This document shows, piece by piece, positions 36,743 through 50,410 of a stretch of DNA of 64,000 nt (positions are counted from its first letter, which is position 1; every line of letters starts with the position of its first letter). Position numbers and translations under genes: made by a program. The DNA lies in the NCBI RefSeq assembly GCF_018350175.1, contig NC_058368.1, positions 224,008,001 through 224,072,000 of the forward strand, given 5' to 3'. Origin of the DNA: Felis catus (Eukaryota). The notes beneath the pieces were generated by a model. It saw only the letters and a list, made by a program, of their open reading frames with translations. It searched no databases and was not told the origin of the DNA.

Positions 36743-37326
36743 TGTGGAAATAGTGGGGTTTAGAGAGAATGGTCAAGAAAGCATTCTCGAGGTGTCTTTG
36801 GTGCAGACAGGTGGTTTTATTAAAGCACAGGGACAGGGCCCTTGGAAAGAAAGAACTGCACTGGGGTTGTGACAGGTGACTGATTATGTACTTTCAAATT
36901 GGGAAGGAGTTGGGATAGACTAAGTCTCTAAGGAATTTGAAAGCAAGGTTTTCAGGACTTTGAGGGGTCTAGCTATTGTTAGGAAAAGGTCATTTATTAC
37001 TGTGTAATAAAATCTTAGTAATGAGTCCCTCAGTGTATCAGTGGGCCATATGCTTTGAGGATGAATGCTAACATATATCTTAGGGGGTAGAGATAAAGCA
37101 AGTTTGCAAAGGAATTTTTGTATGTTAAAAGAGACTTACAGGATGCTGGAGGTCAGAATAATTTTAAGCCAAGCTTGCCTTTCACCCTTGGCAAAATATT
37201 TAGATTGAGGCAGCTGAGTTCCTAGGGGAAGGCCACTGTCCACGTTTCAAGGACCTGCCACGGGCTTGAAAATAGTAAGTAAAATAGTAAGGAAAATTAA
37301 GTTTTCTTTTGTCTTTCTTCCCCACA
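36743..37326 (-). mobile_element. Carnivore-type solo LTR (~580 bp)
   Basis: TGTGG...CCACA inverted termini; minus-strand AATAAA (ttttatt ~36816); no clear TSD. Confidence 0.7.
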
Positions 37327-37796
37327 CCACAAAGCCACCAAGATTCTGATTGTCCTATCTTTTCTGTCAGAGTTCATTCATCTCTCACTCTTAGAAAATA
37401 TAAAGTTTTTCAGGAATATATTATGTCGCATTACAGCATAAATACGTGTATAAGAAAGAAGAGAACTCACAAATTAATTATCTCTTTCAAGGGCAGAATT
37501 GAAATACAATAGAAAGATACTCAAACTTAAAAAAAAGAAAAGTTTTGAAAAACAAAAAAAGTTTTGAAAAAGAAAAATTCTTGATCCCAAACAGTCTGAG
37601 ACAAAATCCTTTGAAGAAAAAAGGTCTACTCAGACTTCTCAGTCAAATAAAAAAAAAAAAAAATCAAATCTAAATCCCAAGTCCATATATTCATGCAGAT
37701 TAATACTTTAATATTGGACATTCCATAATTTTGCATTAATCCAGCACTACTTTAGTTAAAACACACTTTTTTTCCCCAAAAGAACAAAAAAATGAT

Positions 37797-38201
37797 AGTG
37801 CATTTTCTAGGGCTGACACAACTAAATACAGGGCAGATCAGGTGGCTTACGCAATGAAAATTTCTTTCTCACAGTTCTGTAGTCTGGAAATTCAAGACAA
37901 AGGTGTCCACAACTTTAGTTTTTCCTCATGCCTCTTTCTATAGATGGTAGATGGTTGTCTTTTTGCTGTATCCTCAGATGACTTTTTCTCCCTGTGCATG
38001 GATCCCTGATATCACTTCCTTTTCATATAAAGATACCAATCATTTCGAATATGGGTCCACCCACATGATACCCTTCATCCTTAATTACTTCTTTCAAGAC
38101 TCTGTTTGTAAACAAAATCATATTCTGAGGTTCTAGGGGTGAGCATCTCAACACATGAATTTAGGGACTGGTCGTTAGAAGACACAATTCAGTCCATAAC
38201 A
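37797..38201 (-). mobile_element. MaLR solo LTR (MLT1A0-like)
   Basis: ttctcacagttctgtagtctggaaattcaagacaaaggtgtc..gacacaattcagtccataaca. Confidence 0.85.
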
Positions 38202-38240
38202 GACGGATATGTATATTTTTGTTTTCAATAATAAAGTATA

Positions 38241-38465
38241 GGGCGCCCGGGTGCCTCAGTCGGTTAAGGGTCCGACTTCGGCTCAGGTCATGATCTCGGG
38301 GTCTGTGAGTTTGAGCCCCGCGTTGGGCTCTGTGCTGACAGCTCGGAGCCTGGAGCCTGCTTCCGATTCTGTGTCTCCCCCTCTCTCTGTCCCTCCCCCA
38401 CTCATGCTCTCTCTCTCTCTCTGTCAAAAATAAATAAACATTAAAATAATAATAATAATAATAAT
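38241..38465 (+). mobile_element. Can-SINE with an (AAT)n tail
   Basis: TSD aataataaagta. Confidence 0.96.
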
Positions 38466-39096
38466 AATAATAAAGTACAAAGAAAATAAGAATGTTTTCA
38501 GAGACTAAGAACTAAGGGGGATCAATAACACAACAAAGCAAGAAGAACACTAAATAGAGTCAGTTTCAACATAAGATAATTTGAGTTTGTGTTTTTCATG
38601 GCTTTTCAAGAAGCAGAGAACATGAAATAAACTGTAGAGTACCTACAATTTCTGGAATCTAATAGAAACCCCCTCCCACAGAAATATGATTACCAAATTC
38701 TAAATTCCCAATATAAAAGCATGCTAAAATATAAGTTTATCCCCTCATGGGAGACATGGAAATTTTTATTAACTTTTTTGGAGGTACAGAATGGGCAACT
38801 GAAAATAAGAAAGAAGATATGAAGATACTAGGCACATTTTGAAAACCTATTATTTTTTTTAATATCCAGATTCTTAACTGTTTTTTTTTTTACAATTTTA
38901 CAAGGTATAATGTACAGATAATATAGTTTGATGAAGTTTAACATAGTTACAACCAACAACCAACACTCACAATTATTATATTGAACCCAAAGGTCTCCTG
39001 AAGTTACTTTCTAATCAATGCCACCTTCCCAAAAGGTAACCAGTATTCTGACCTTTATTATTATTGATTGATTTTATCTTTTTTGTATTTTAAATT

Positions 39097-39480
39097 AGGG
39101 CTGGGACTTGGGTGAGGTAAATAAGAGGCACCTGGGGGCTCCAAAATATTCAGTGATCAAGGTAAATAATATTTTAAAGCAATATTTAAAAAAAAACTGA
39201 TGGGGGCGCCTGGGTGGCGCAGTCGGTTAAGCGTCCGACTTCAGCCAGGTCACGATCTCGGGGTCTGTGAGTTCGAGCCCCGCGTCAGGCTCTGGGCTGA
39301 TGGCTTGGAGCCTGGAGCCTGTTTCCGATTCTGTGTCTCCCTCTCTCTGTGCCCCTCCCCCGTTCATGCTCTGTCTCTCTCTGTCCCAAAAATAAATAAA
39401 CGTTGAAAAAAAAAATAAAAAAAAATAAAAAAATTAAAAAAAAACTGATGAAAAACTCCACGGTGAAGAAATGTTAAACT
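39097..39480 (+). mobile_element. hAT-Tip100-type DNA transposon terminal fragment, interrupted by a SINE
   Basis: agggctgggacttgggtgaggtaa..cagtgatcaaggtaaataatattttaaagcaatattt resembles the recalled Zaphod/Arthur-type end. Confidence 0.5.
39203..39435 (+). mobile_element. Young felid SINE subfamily copy
   Basis: CpG-rich, near-consensus; perfect TSD aaaaaaaaactgatg; long A tail. Confidence 0.98.
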
Positions 39481-39653
39481 ATGAAAATTCTAGTTTGCGA
39501 ATTGGCAAATAACTAAATTGTAGCCAAATTAGTAGCTTTTAAAGGTGGAACTTGTATATGATGTTATTTCAACATGGAATTGCATTTCCCTGATGTCTAA
39601 TAATATTGACTAACTTTATGTGCTTATTTCTGATTTAAAAATATTCTTTTGTG

Positions 39654-39811
39654 AGGGCACCTGGGTGGTTTAGTCGGTTAAGCCTCTGACTTTGCTTTAG
39701 GTCATGATCTCTCAGTTTGTGGGTTCAAGCCCCACATCGGGCTCTCTGCAGTTAGCACAGAGCCTGCTTTGGATCTTCTGTCTCCCTGTCTTGCTGCCTC
39801 TCCTCTGCCCA

Positions 39812-39845
<34 letters not shown>

Positions 39846-39872
39846 GTCTTTCAAAATAAACAAATAAAAAAA
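39654..39872 (+). mobile_element. Can-SINE
   Basis: Head and tail; degenerate TSD. Confidence 0.93.
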
Positions 39873-40109
39873 ATTCTCTTATGAAAGATTTGTCCATGCT
39901 GACCATTTTTTAAATATTATTTTCTCATTAACCTGCAAAAATTCTTTATGTGTAGTGACTAGGAGTCCTTGACAGGTGTATGTTCACCCTGCCTGTTTTT
40001 CTGTCTTTTCATTTACTTTATGATGTATTTGATTAATAAAAATTATTTATTTAATGAATTTGAAAGTATCTGTCCTTTCTAGCTCATTATTATTTTAATA
40101 ATAAGATCA

Positions 40110-42517
40110 TGTCATAGGGAGAACCACACCCTCTCCATTAAGCAAACAAATAAACACAGCCACATCCCAATCCCTGTAACCTATGAAGAGATTACCAATT
40201 TAGCAAAAGGGACTTTGCAGGCTAATTGAAAAGTCTTGAGATGTGCAGAGTATCTTGGGTTATCTGGATGGGCCCAATGCAATCACAAACATCCTTATGA
40301 GAGGGAGACATAATATGAGTCAGAAAAGATGAGACAACAGAAGTGACAGTCATAAGAAGTGATGTTGTTGGTGTCAAAGATGCAGGGAAGGGCCACAAGC
40401 CAAAGTTTCAGGAAGCCTGTGGAAACTGGAAAATGCTAAGTTACTGGTTCTCCCTCATGCCTCTAGGAGGAATGTAACCTTGCTGACAGGCTGATTATAG
40501 CACTTCTGACTTCATAATGCACTTGTGTATTTGAAGCTATTGCATTTGCAGTCAGATGTGAAGCAGGAGTAGGACACTAATACAGATTTTGGTACCAGGA
40601 GGTGAGTTCTGTGCTAACAAACACCTACAAATTCAGATTGTTTTAGCGTTTGAGTAAAGGGTGGAGCATGAAAGATTTTGAGGAACATGATAGAAAGAGG
40701 CTAGTTTGCCTTGAACAGACTGTTAGCAAAATGCAGATACACAGAAGCCTGCTAGTGAGAACTCAGAAAGCGAGGAACATGCTAGAGAAAAATCTACCGT
40801 GCCTTAGAGAGTACTCACATCGTCATAAACTGGCACTCGGTAGGAATGTGGGCATTGAAAAAACAGCTGGAAGAGACTCAGAAGCAAAGGAAGAGCGTGC
40901 TCTTGGAAACTGGATGAGAAGAAATCCTTTTAATGCCGTGGAAGAAATCTTACTTAGCTGTAAATTACATCCTGTAGCTGTTAAAAGGTGGAACTTGGAA
41001 GTGATGAAGTTGGATATCTAGATGAGATTTTCAAACAAAGTGTTAAAAGTGTGACCTAGTTTCTTCTTGCTGCTTATAGTGAAATGTTGCTTACATAGGA
41101 AAGGAAGGAAGAACAGGACAGCAGTTCCTTACATAGGAAAGGAAGGAAGAACAGGAATTCATGATTATGAAAGTTCTCAGCTTAACCAAATTATTTCAAA
41201 AAATGCTACAATTAGGAGACTCTCTGTTGGGAAACATGCTCTGTAGAGAAATCTGGGGATGTAGTTGGACAACCTTTGGCTGGTGCCCTGGAAGGATCAG
41301 ACTATTCAATCATAAAATGTCTCTTTCAATAGATTGAGCATACAATTTATCGATCTCCTTAGCCATATTAGCAAAGAAACCGGAAATAGAGACAAGATGA
41401 TCTGGGAAAGATTAACAGAGGAGCCTTTCGTCTAAACTGGTGAGTTACTCCAAAATACACAGGAAACCCAGAAAGTTATTGAAAATGTCTCACCAACAGA
41501 GACACTGGCAGCATGGATTACAAGGGACAGAAGGAACATAAAACAAAAGAAGGGTGTTAAGAATCCCAAAATTCTACGGGAAGGAAATAGATAGATAAAA
41601 TTTACCAGATATAAACACATAATACTCTTCCTGAGGGAGGATTGATGATCCCAAGGGAAGAACTATGAGTTAGATGAGGGTGCTTTGAGCCACAGGGAAT
41701 TATTACTAGACCATAATACCTAATGCTGCTCGCCTAGCCTGATTTCAAAACTGTTTGATATGTGGCTCCTTTTGTCCTTACATATTTTCACTTTTCACAG
41801 GGTATCCTTTATAACTATTATACTATGCCTGTCCCAACATTATATTTTGAGAGCCAGATAACATATTGTCTAGTTTCGTAGCCCACAAATGGAGTAGAAG
41901 TTTGTTCCAGGAACAATCATACCAGTCTGATTTGGATTACAAGATTGGAGGCTTTTGAGCTGCTAGAGATCGAGTTAAATCTTGGGCTATGAATTGATGA
42001 GTTAAGACTCTCAGAATGTAGGAATGGGTGAGTGTTTATATGTGGATGGACATGAATCTCTCAGGACCAGAAGTTATCCCCCAAAATGTCCATAGTCCAA
42101 TTTTCTGAATCTGAATATGTCATCATATGGGAAAAAAAAGAGTTTGCAGGTGTGATTAAGTTGGTTAAGTTAGGGATCTTGAGATACAGAGATTGTTCTG
42201 GATTGTACGGTGGGCCCTACATATTCATAAATGTCCTTGTAAGAGGGAACCGAGGACAGAGAAGGAGAGAGACTTAACAATTCCACAGTACTGGCTTTGG
42301 AGATGGAGAAGGCTGCCTTTACCCATGTAATTCTTGTGAATTGTAGAACTGGGAAAATCTAAGAAAATAAATGTTTCCAGTGTATTCAGAAAGAATGCAG
42401 TCCTGCCTATATCTTGATTTTGGGAATTCTGTCCTCAGATTTGTGAGATAATGTATTTGTGTTGTTTTGAACCTTTATGGTTATGGTAACTTTTGTAGCA
42501 GCACTGGAAAACTATCA
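40110..42517 (+). mobile_element. Near-complete MaLR provirus (MLT1D-like): 5' LTR 40110-40584, internal 40585-~42070, 3' LTR ~42071-42517
   Basis: Two homologous LTRs (gactttgcagg..cttgagat..gggccc..ccttatgagaggg); ctaataca|gattttggtaccagga PBS junction; internal ORF remnant 40650-41021 with EEHDRK and GNW motifs typical of MaLR-int. Confidence 0.87.
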
Positions 42518-45253
42518 TGTTTAAGAAACAGTTATTGAACTCAAACCCATAAATACAGTTCCTTCTAATTTTGTCTGGAAAGCATATTGTTTTACTTTTC
42601 ACATTTAGGTATATAATCGATCTCAAGTTACATAGATAATCAAATAACCCAGAACTATGTATTATGACCCATTCAATTGCAATGGTATCTTTATTAGAAA
42701 CAGGTTATTATACACTGCTGTTCTGTTTATGGACTCCCTATTTTGTTTTATTGATAAATATTTCTTTTCTTACAGTGCATTAATTATTGCTATCATATCT
42801 CTGATAGGAACTGCTTTTTAGCTTCTATTTTATATTCATATTTTCTTTATTTATTATAAGTCCTTGGTGTTTTCATATAAATTATATATAAATGGAATGG
42901 GAAAACATGGGCAGAGTTTTCTCAAAATAGAGCCTAATGAAAAATATTTCAAAACACTGTTACTCAGACATAAAATTCTGAGCTATAGAAGAAATAAGGA
43001 ACAAAGAAGTGGTAAATACATTGCTAATTCTATGCAAACATTGGCTGTATTAAACAACAATATATAAATACAAAATACAAATAAATGCATCAATGTAATA
43101 CAATAGCATACACATAATGGGAAAATAATGAAGTTAAAGTATTCTAAGATGAATGATGTGATCTACCTATGCTAGAAATGAAGATTCCTTTTCATTTGAT
43201 ATGCTAAGTATACTTATTAAAATTTATGGGCTAAATAAATTATTAATAACAATGCATACGTTCTTAGCACATAGAGGTAAATTTAATGTAAATAATAATC
43301 TCAATACAGGGAATAAAAGAACATAAGATAAAGAGAAAGATGAAATAAGACAAAAGGAAAGCCAAAAAAAAAATAAGATATTAAAAAAAAAAGCTAAAAT
43401 GAATGACCTAAATCAATGAGTGTCTGCTCACAAAATAACTTACTGCTTAACCTTTAGATATTTTCAGTGATGTGACCTCTGACCACCATACTCCTCATTC
43501 TCTAAACCTCAGTGACTCTTAATGAAGCTCCTTAAAAGTTTAACCTTTTCAACTTATGGATTAATTTTAAATATGTCTTCATATTTTACTATGACCAAAA
43601 AACACATAAATGTGAAGAATAGAAAGCATATATCTGTAGGTATGTCAATATGTGCTTCTCAAAACCCAACCAACCAACCGACCAACCAATACTACCCTTC
43701 TTGAAGTTAAATAAATGTTTGAGCAATATTGATACATTTAGTATCCATTTAGTTTTAAAATATCCACCATTATTTTATTCAAATGTTTTGTATAAATTTG
43801 GGAAGAATAACCAAAACAAGGTTGATGTAAAACTCTTGATGGGAAGGAGCTGTGAGTTTCAGTTTATGTCCCTCTTGATACGCACATTTTGTTCTACCAT
43901 CAAGGGAAATGTTCTGTACTTGCATGTGTGAAACACCCACAAATGTTAATGCCTATAAAATTAATTTCAGCCTCAGTCATCAGAATGTCCCATTTGGATT
44001 TTTCTACAGAGAAAACAACATATGCTGTAGTACTGTTTTCCTTGATTAGTCTGGCATCTACCGTGCATTAGTTTCTTTTCCTAACACACTTGTGGCTTCT
44101 TCTGAAATATTCTGTTGAGTTATTCAAAACCCCAGTAGAACAAAGTGTATGTGTCTTAAATTTGTTTCCACAGAATTACTTACTATGGAAACAATCTAGT
44201 TTTCCCTAAGGTTTTATCATCAACATTTTTTTTCTAATAGAATTTATAGGGATATGTTTTTAACAGTCACTTAATGGTATTTCTGTATTACTCTGAGAAT
44301 GAATTATATTCAGTTACATTCTTCACTGTCATTAACCCTTGAATTATCACTCTCAAAATGTCATATAAAATTAATCCCATTTATATTGCAAATATGAGAT
44401 AGGCTCACACTAATGTCACAGTGACATAAAATAGTTGCTTACACATAATTTTTCATAGACAATGATAAAAAATAACAACAACAACATAAAAACAAAAGAC
44501 ACATCAGTCTTCATTACCAAACAGACTAGAGGGAAAATAATTGCCCATCTGGGATAAACCTGTTGATTATGAAAGACATTTTTCAAGGCTACTTGCTATG
44601 AGAGTCTTGGTTTGTTGTTCTCAGGATATACTGGGATTATTGAGAACATCAGAGTATGGAATGCCATGAGAGCAATTGGCTTTAGAAACGACATGAAGAA
44701 AAGAATAGATTTAAACTGAAGTACACAAATTCTGTGGTGTTTTGGCTGTGTCTCTCTAATGTGATGTGGAGTGAATAACAAAAGAGATGATAAAATATAA
44801 GACATACAAAAGTTATTTTCATTGCCGTCAACTCTTGATCAAGTTGAAATGCCTTATTGGACATTGACATATATCTAAATTCAATTTATCTACCAAGAGC
44901 AAATTTAGGGATTAGCTATAAAAATAAGGTTTCCCTGTTCCATTTAGTTGTTCTAACCTCCTGTGTAAGTACTGCTAAAAACTTAGGATTTTTATTAGTC
45001 TCTCTCTCTCTCTCATTAGATTTTAAATATTTTGTGAATGTTCAGTAAAATCAACCATGAGAGACCAGGAACAATGCCTATATAATCTATGCATTTCTAA
45101 AGCAAGTAGTACAGATATATGATATCTACTTGTTGATAGAATAAGTAAATGAACATATAAAAGTCTGTGCTAGGGAGTCAAACTACATTTTTCAAAATTA
45201 AAGGGAAATGAGGGTCAGAACACTGCCATTTTAAATAATTTACAAACTTTTAC

Positions 45254-45712
45254 TAAATGTGCAAAAGACATGAATACACCTTTTTCCAAAGAAGACATAC
45301 AGATGGCTAATAGACACATGAAAAGATGCTCAACATCACTGATCATCAGGGAAATACAATAAAAATTACAATGAGATACCACCTCACACCTTCCAGAATG
45401 ACTAAATCTGAACAACACAAGAAACAACAGGTGTTGGTGAGGATGTGGGGAAGGGGAACCCTCTGACGCTGTTGGTGGGGATGCAAACTGGCACAGGCAT
45501 TCTGGACAAAAGTCTGGAAGTTTCCCAGAAAGTTAAGAATATAACTAGCTTATGATTCAGCAATTGCACTACTAGGTATTTACCCAAATAATATAAAAAT
45601 GCTAATTCAAAGGTTTCCATGCACCTCAATGTTTATAGCAGCATTATCAACAATAGCCAAAGTATGGAAAGAGCCCAACTGTCCATTGATCGATGAATGG
45701 ATAAAGAAGTAG

Positions 45713-45755
<43 letters not shown>

Positions 45756-45810
45756 GTATATATGCTTGTATATATACACACGTATATACTTGTATATTTA
45801 TCTATATCTA

Positions 45811-45851
<41 letters not shown>

Positions 45852-46145
45852 CTTGTGTATATATACTTGTATATAGATAGACAAGTTGTATATCTATCTA
45901 TCATCTATCTATTTTGGAATATTATTCAGCCATAAAAATAATAAATCCTGCCACTTGCAAGAACATGATGGAGCTAGAGAATATTATGCTAAGCAAAATA
46001 AGTCAGTCAGAGACTTATCATGCACTTGTGATGAGCACAGGGTGATGTACAGAAGTGTTGAATTACTAAGTTGTACACCTGAAACTAATATTACACTCTA
46101 AGTTAACTAACTGGAATTTAAATTTAAAAAGACATTAAAAAAGAA
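45254..46145 (+). mobile_element. 5'-truncated carnivore L1 (ORF2 C-terminus plus 3' UTR with an internal deletion and (TG)n/(TCTA)n)
   Basis: ttccaaagaagacatacagatggctaatagacacatgaaaagatgctcaacatcac..taactaactggaatttaaa. Confidence 0.93.
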
Positions 46146-46822
46146 ATATGTGTATTATTAAGGCATCAAAGAATAAGAATGAGTAAATTGAAATGCTGTG
46201 CTTCAGGATTAAATAGTGGATATTATTCATACACTACAGCACGTTCCATTATGTAAACAAAAATGGGAAAAGTTGTGTGTATGTTGTAGAAATGAAGCTT
46301 TGGTCTAGGCATACATCAGTGGGACCCTCGCCTACAACTACCCAAGGGAAAATGCAGTATTTAAATAGAAAGCTCTGAAGCCGGAATTGACTTAAATTCC
46401 TAACCTCATAAGAACTTAGTTCTCTATATGACATCAATGGAATATGCCAGGATTTAGAGCTGTCGAAGCAAACTGTTCCATCCGACTGATTTAAAACAAT
46501 TCTATAAAATGAGTAAAATGTTCCTGGACCTCAAGCCATATAAGTGACATTGGTAACTTCCTATTAAAATGTGCATGGCCATGTTGAAAAGCTAAAAAGA
46601 ATGCAAGAGTACCAAAAACAAAAAACAAAACAAAAGAAAAACAAAAAAACAAAACAGAAAAGCTGAAATGATAAACAAGAATACAAAAAGTGTAAAGGTA
46701 ATGGCTTGCCAATGTTTAATAGTTGATAAGTGTCTGCATAGAGGTGAGGCATATGGCAAAGGCTGGCATCAAGGGGCAATCCTTTCCTTTGAACGCACTG
46801 GCCATAGAAATTAATAGGAGGA

Positions 46823-46966
46823 GGGGTGCTTGGGTGGCTCAGTCCGACACTGGTTTTGACTCAGGTCATGATCTCACGGTATCTAAATTCAAGCTCCGTG
46901 TCAGGCTGCACACTGAGACTGCTGAGTCTGCTCTCTCTCCCTTTCTCTCTGCCCCTCCCCACTCAT

Positions 46967-47011
<45 letters not shown>

Positions 47012-47036
47012 ATACATAAATAAACTTAAAAAAAAA
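46823..47036 (+). mobile_element. Can-SINE
   Basis: 16-bp TSD agaaattaataggagg. Confidence 0.96.
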
Positions 47037-47746
47037 AGAAATTAATAGGAGGCACATTGTTGCACCAGAATAAAAATGTTTGGCCAGCTGCTGATAAATA
47101 TTGTATACTATAACATAGATAATCTGATTACATATACACTATAATATTAAATATATAATCCACACCATAAATAGATATTGATATACATAGTAAAGGCATT
47201 GGGTTAATTACACTGTCTTAATTAATCACAGTGTTCAGAATCTTGGGCAGTTTCCTAAGGAAAATAATTACTAAATAAAGGTAGTCATCCCCAATTTGTG
47301 ACACTATATTCTCAAAGTTCTGACATTTCCTGTCATTATTTGCTTAGATAGTCTAAATCCCTATAACAATGGTGATAAAGATGAGAATAGTATTGTCCTC
47401 TGGAACAATTATTATTTAAGAAAATAACAACAATAACAGATCCAGAATGTCTGTTTAAAAGTAGTCCAACACTGGGGTCAGAGTAATGGGAATGCAACCT
47501 CTTACATCTGACCTGTGCCCTTTCTGAATGTCTAAGCCCGAAGACCAGGTAATCTAATAGGAGATGATCTACCATCAGACAATCAGGTCCATGACATTGC
47601 ACCTTTGCCAGAGATAAAGATTCCCAAGTGTGCCTTCCAAAAGGAGAAAGCTGGAGTACTTACATGATGATAAAGAAGCAAAGAACACTTCATCCACATG
47701 GTCATTGGCAAATGCAGACGCTGGGTTAAGAATGATAAAGTACCTT

Positions 47747-47965
47747 GGGGCGCCTGGGTGGCTCAGTCGGTTAACTGGCCAACTTCGGCTCAGGTCATGA
47801 TTTCACGGTCCGTGAGTTCGAGCCCCGTGTCGGGCTCTGTGCTGACAGCTCAGAGCCTGGAGCCTGTTTCAGATTCTGTGTCTCCCTCTCTCTGACCCTC
47901 CCCCGTTCATGCTCTGTCTCTCTCTGTCTCAAAAATAAATAAACGTTAAAAAAAATTTAAAAAAA
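47747..47965 (+). mobile_element. Can-SINE, relatively young
   Basis: 17-bp TSD aagaatgataaagtacc. Confidence 0.97.
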
Positions 47966-48104
47966 AAGAATGATAAAGTACCAAGAAAACAAAAACAGAA
48001 AAACAAACAAAACAAAAAACAAGAAATTAACAACAACAACAACAAACAGAAAAACAACCAGGGAAATTCTTTGTCATTTTTCTAGAAAGAAAAAAAAAGA
48101 TTTA

Positions 48105-48329
48105 TTTTATATTTTATTTGTTTTAAAGAGTTTTAAAAATGTTTTTCATTTATTTTGAGAGTGTGTGGGGTGGGAGGAGGGAAAAAGACAGGGAGAGAGA
48201 AAATCCCAAGCAGGATTCATTCTGTCAGTGCAGAGCCTGACACGGGACTTGATCCCACAAACCATGAGATCATGACCCCAGCTGAATCAAGATTTGGATG
48301 CTTAACCGACCAAGCCACCCAGGTGCCCC
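48105..48329 (-). mobile_element. Can-SINE
   Basis: Head ..caagccacccaggtgcccc and T-rich tail. Confidence 0.93.
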
Positions 48330-48469
48330 CCCAAAAGGCATATTTTAAACATGAGTTCTACATCAAAGGGTATTGAGATAGAATACGCTTTACCAAACTT
48401 TTTATGTATATATAAACAAAATATTGTTCATGTATAAAGACAACAAAACCACTTTGGTATATTGCCAGT

Positions 48470-48580
48470 TAATGTGGCCACACAGCTCAGTGTTGGCAAA
48501 AACAGGCTCTGGAGCCCCAGCAGCCTGGGTTCAAATTCTGACTCTGTCATTTGTCACCTGTGTGAAGACCTCTGATAAGC
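48470..48580 (+). mobile_element. MIR 5' fragment
   Basis: aggctctggagccccagcagcctgggttcaaattctgactctgtcattt. Confidence 0.75.
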
Positions 48581-50410
48581 TTTTTTACTAAGAGTTGGGA
48601 GACAATGAATATATCAGCAAGAAAAAAATCTTATAGAAATCTTTCCATTCACTCATGAATAAATAAAAGTAATTAACTTAAAATGGGAAAAGTGGAATAA
48701 ATACAAACTGGTGGGAATTAAAATTAATGGACAATGTTACATGTAAAAGAATGGCACAAATATGGGGAAAAAACAAGTTACCTACCCTGAGGGGTGTCTT
48801 ATTGTTAAAATATGATACGGATGTAGAGTGGCTCAATTCACCCAAGCAAATTAGTGAACAATAGAAATGATCCCTGAAAGTATAGACTCTCACCCAAGTA
48901 AATTAATATGGACTAGAAAGTATGAAAAAAAAAAGGATTTGGAGAATAAAGGGAAATAGCAAAAAGTACATCAGATTCCACATTACATAAAAAATCATAT
49001 TACTTTGCTTTTCTATATAACACTGAGAAAAATATAAAAATGAAGAAAACCATTAGCATTTTAAAAGTAGAGATAAATTTAAACAAAAATAGGCTTTTTG
49101 TTAAAAATATGAAACTAAAATATGAAAATAGCTACTGAACCATAAGATAAACTGAAATAAAATGGAAATATGGTAAATAAAACAGAAACAGTAGTAATAT
49201 ATGTAATAAATTACATGGTCTTACTAAAAAGAAAGACAAAAATAGAACTTAATTTAATCTATATGGTGCTTAGATGAGGCACACAGAAATACATTGGCAA
49301 AAATGTTTGGAAGTAAACATATAAAATAAAATGAATTGAAATACCTCAAACAAATATAAAGAGCATTAAATCTGAGAGGCAAAATTAATAGCCAATTCAC
49401 ATCCAATTAAATATAAGACTTACTGAATAATTCATATTATTGTATGAACTATATTTGAATAATCCACCATGAATTTAAGAAGCTTTATACACACAACAGC
49501 ATAGCCTTAGAATATATAACACAGTATCTGCTATTAATATAAATAATGGACAGGTATAAAAATTGGACAGGTTTGTAGCATTTTAGATTAAAAGACTAAC
49601 AATACTATTTGCCAGATGCAGTAGAAAAAGTAAATGACATGGAATTTCAGTAATAAAACCAAAATATTTCATACATTGAACTTTCAACTCTAAAAATGTG
49701 ACTACCCCCTTTTTTCACATATTATGGTAACATTGACTGGATTAATCACTACCATGGCTGAAGGAAAACCTCAGTGAGTCCCCCAAACTTATAAATGTTA
49801 ACAGCAAATGTTATTATGTTTTAAGAAAACCAGCTATATACTAATAAAGAATGTTGAAACAAAACCAAAAAGAAATACAGTTTTTTTTTCTCTTAAACAA
49901 CTTTATTGTCAGACTTGTTTTAAAATAGTATTGGAACCTATTTAGAAGATATTAGTGTGTTTCACTAACTCCTGATTTTCTTTAGTTCTGGGCACTCAGA
50001 TAGACTGACTACATGTCCCTTCAACCCTGGCGATAGAATGTATCGTACCTGTGTAATTGAGTTCTGGCCACTGAAATACGGATCTAAATGATTTAACTAC
50101 TTCTGGGTTTCACCCACAAAAACCTAGGTGCTGTCCTTTCTTTCCTTGTCCGTCATCTGAGATACACTGGGGAATAGAGCCACAGGAAAAATGAATCCTG
50201 GGTCTCCAAAAATAAGTTCTTCAACTGTTTTTAACAATAAAACTTAACCTGTCCTTTGTGATATTCATTCTTTTACTTATCTTTTCCCAAAGCAAATCAA
50301 TTTCATTCATACGAAATGTTTGGTGAGCCAAATAATTCTTCCTCCCTCCTCAAACAGCTTCTTCGATAATACATATAATGCTGTTGAAACACCTTAAAGA
50401 TCATGGATTT

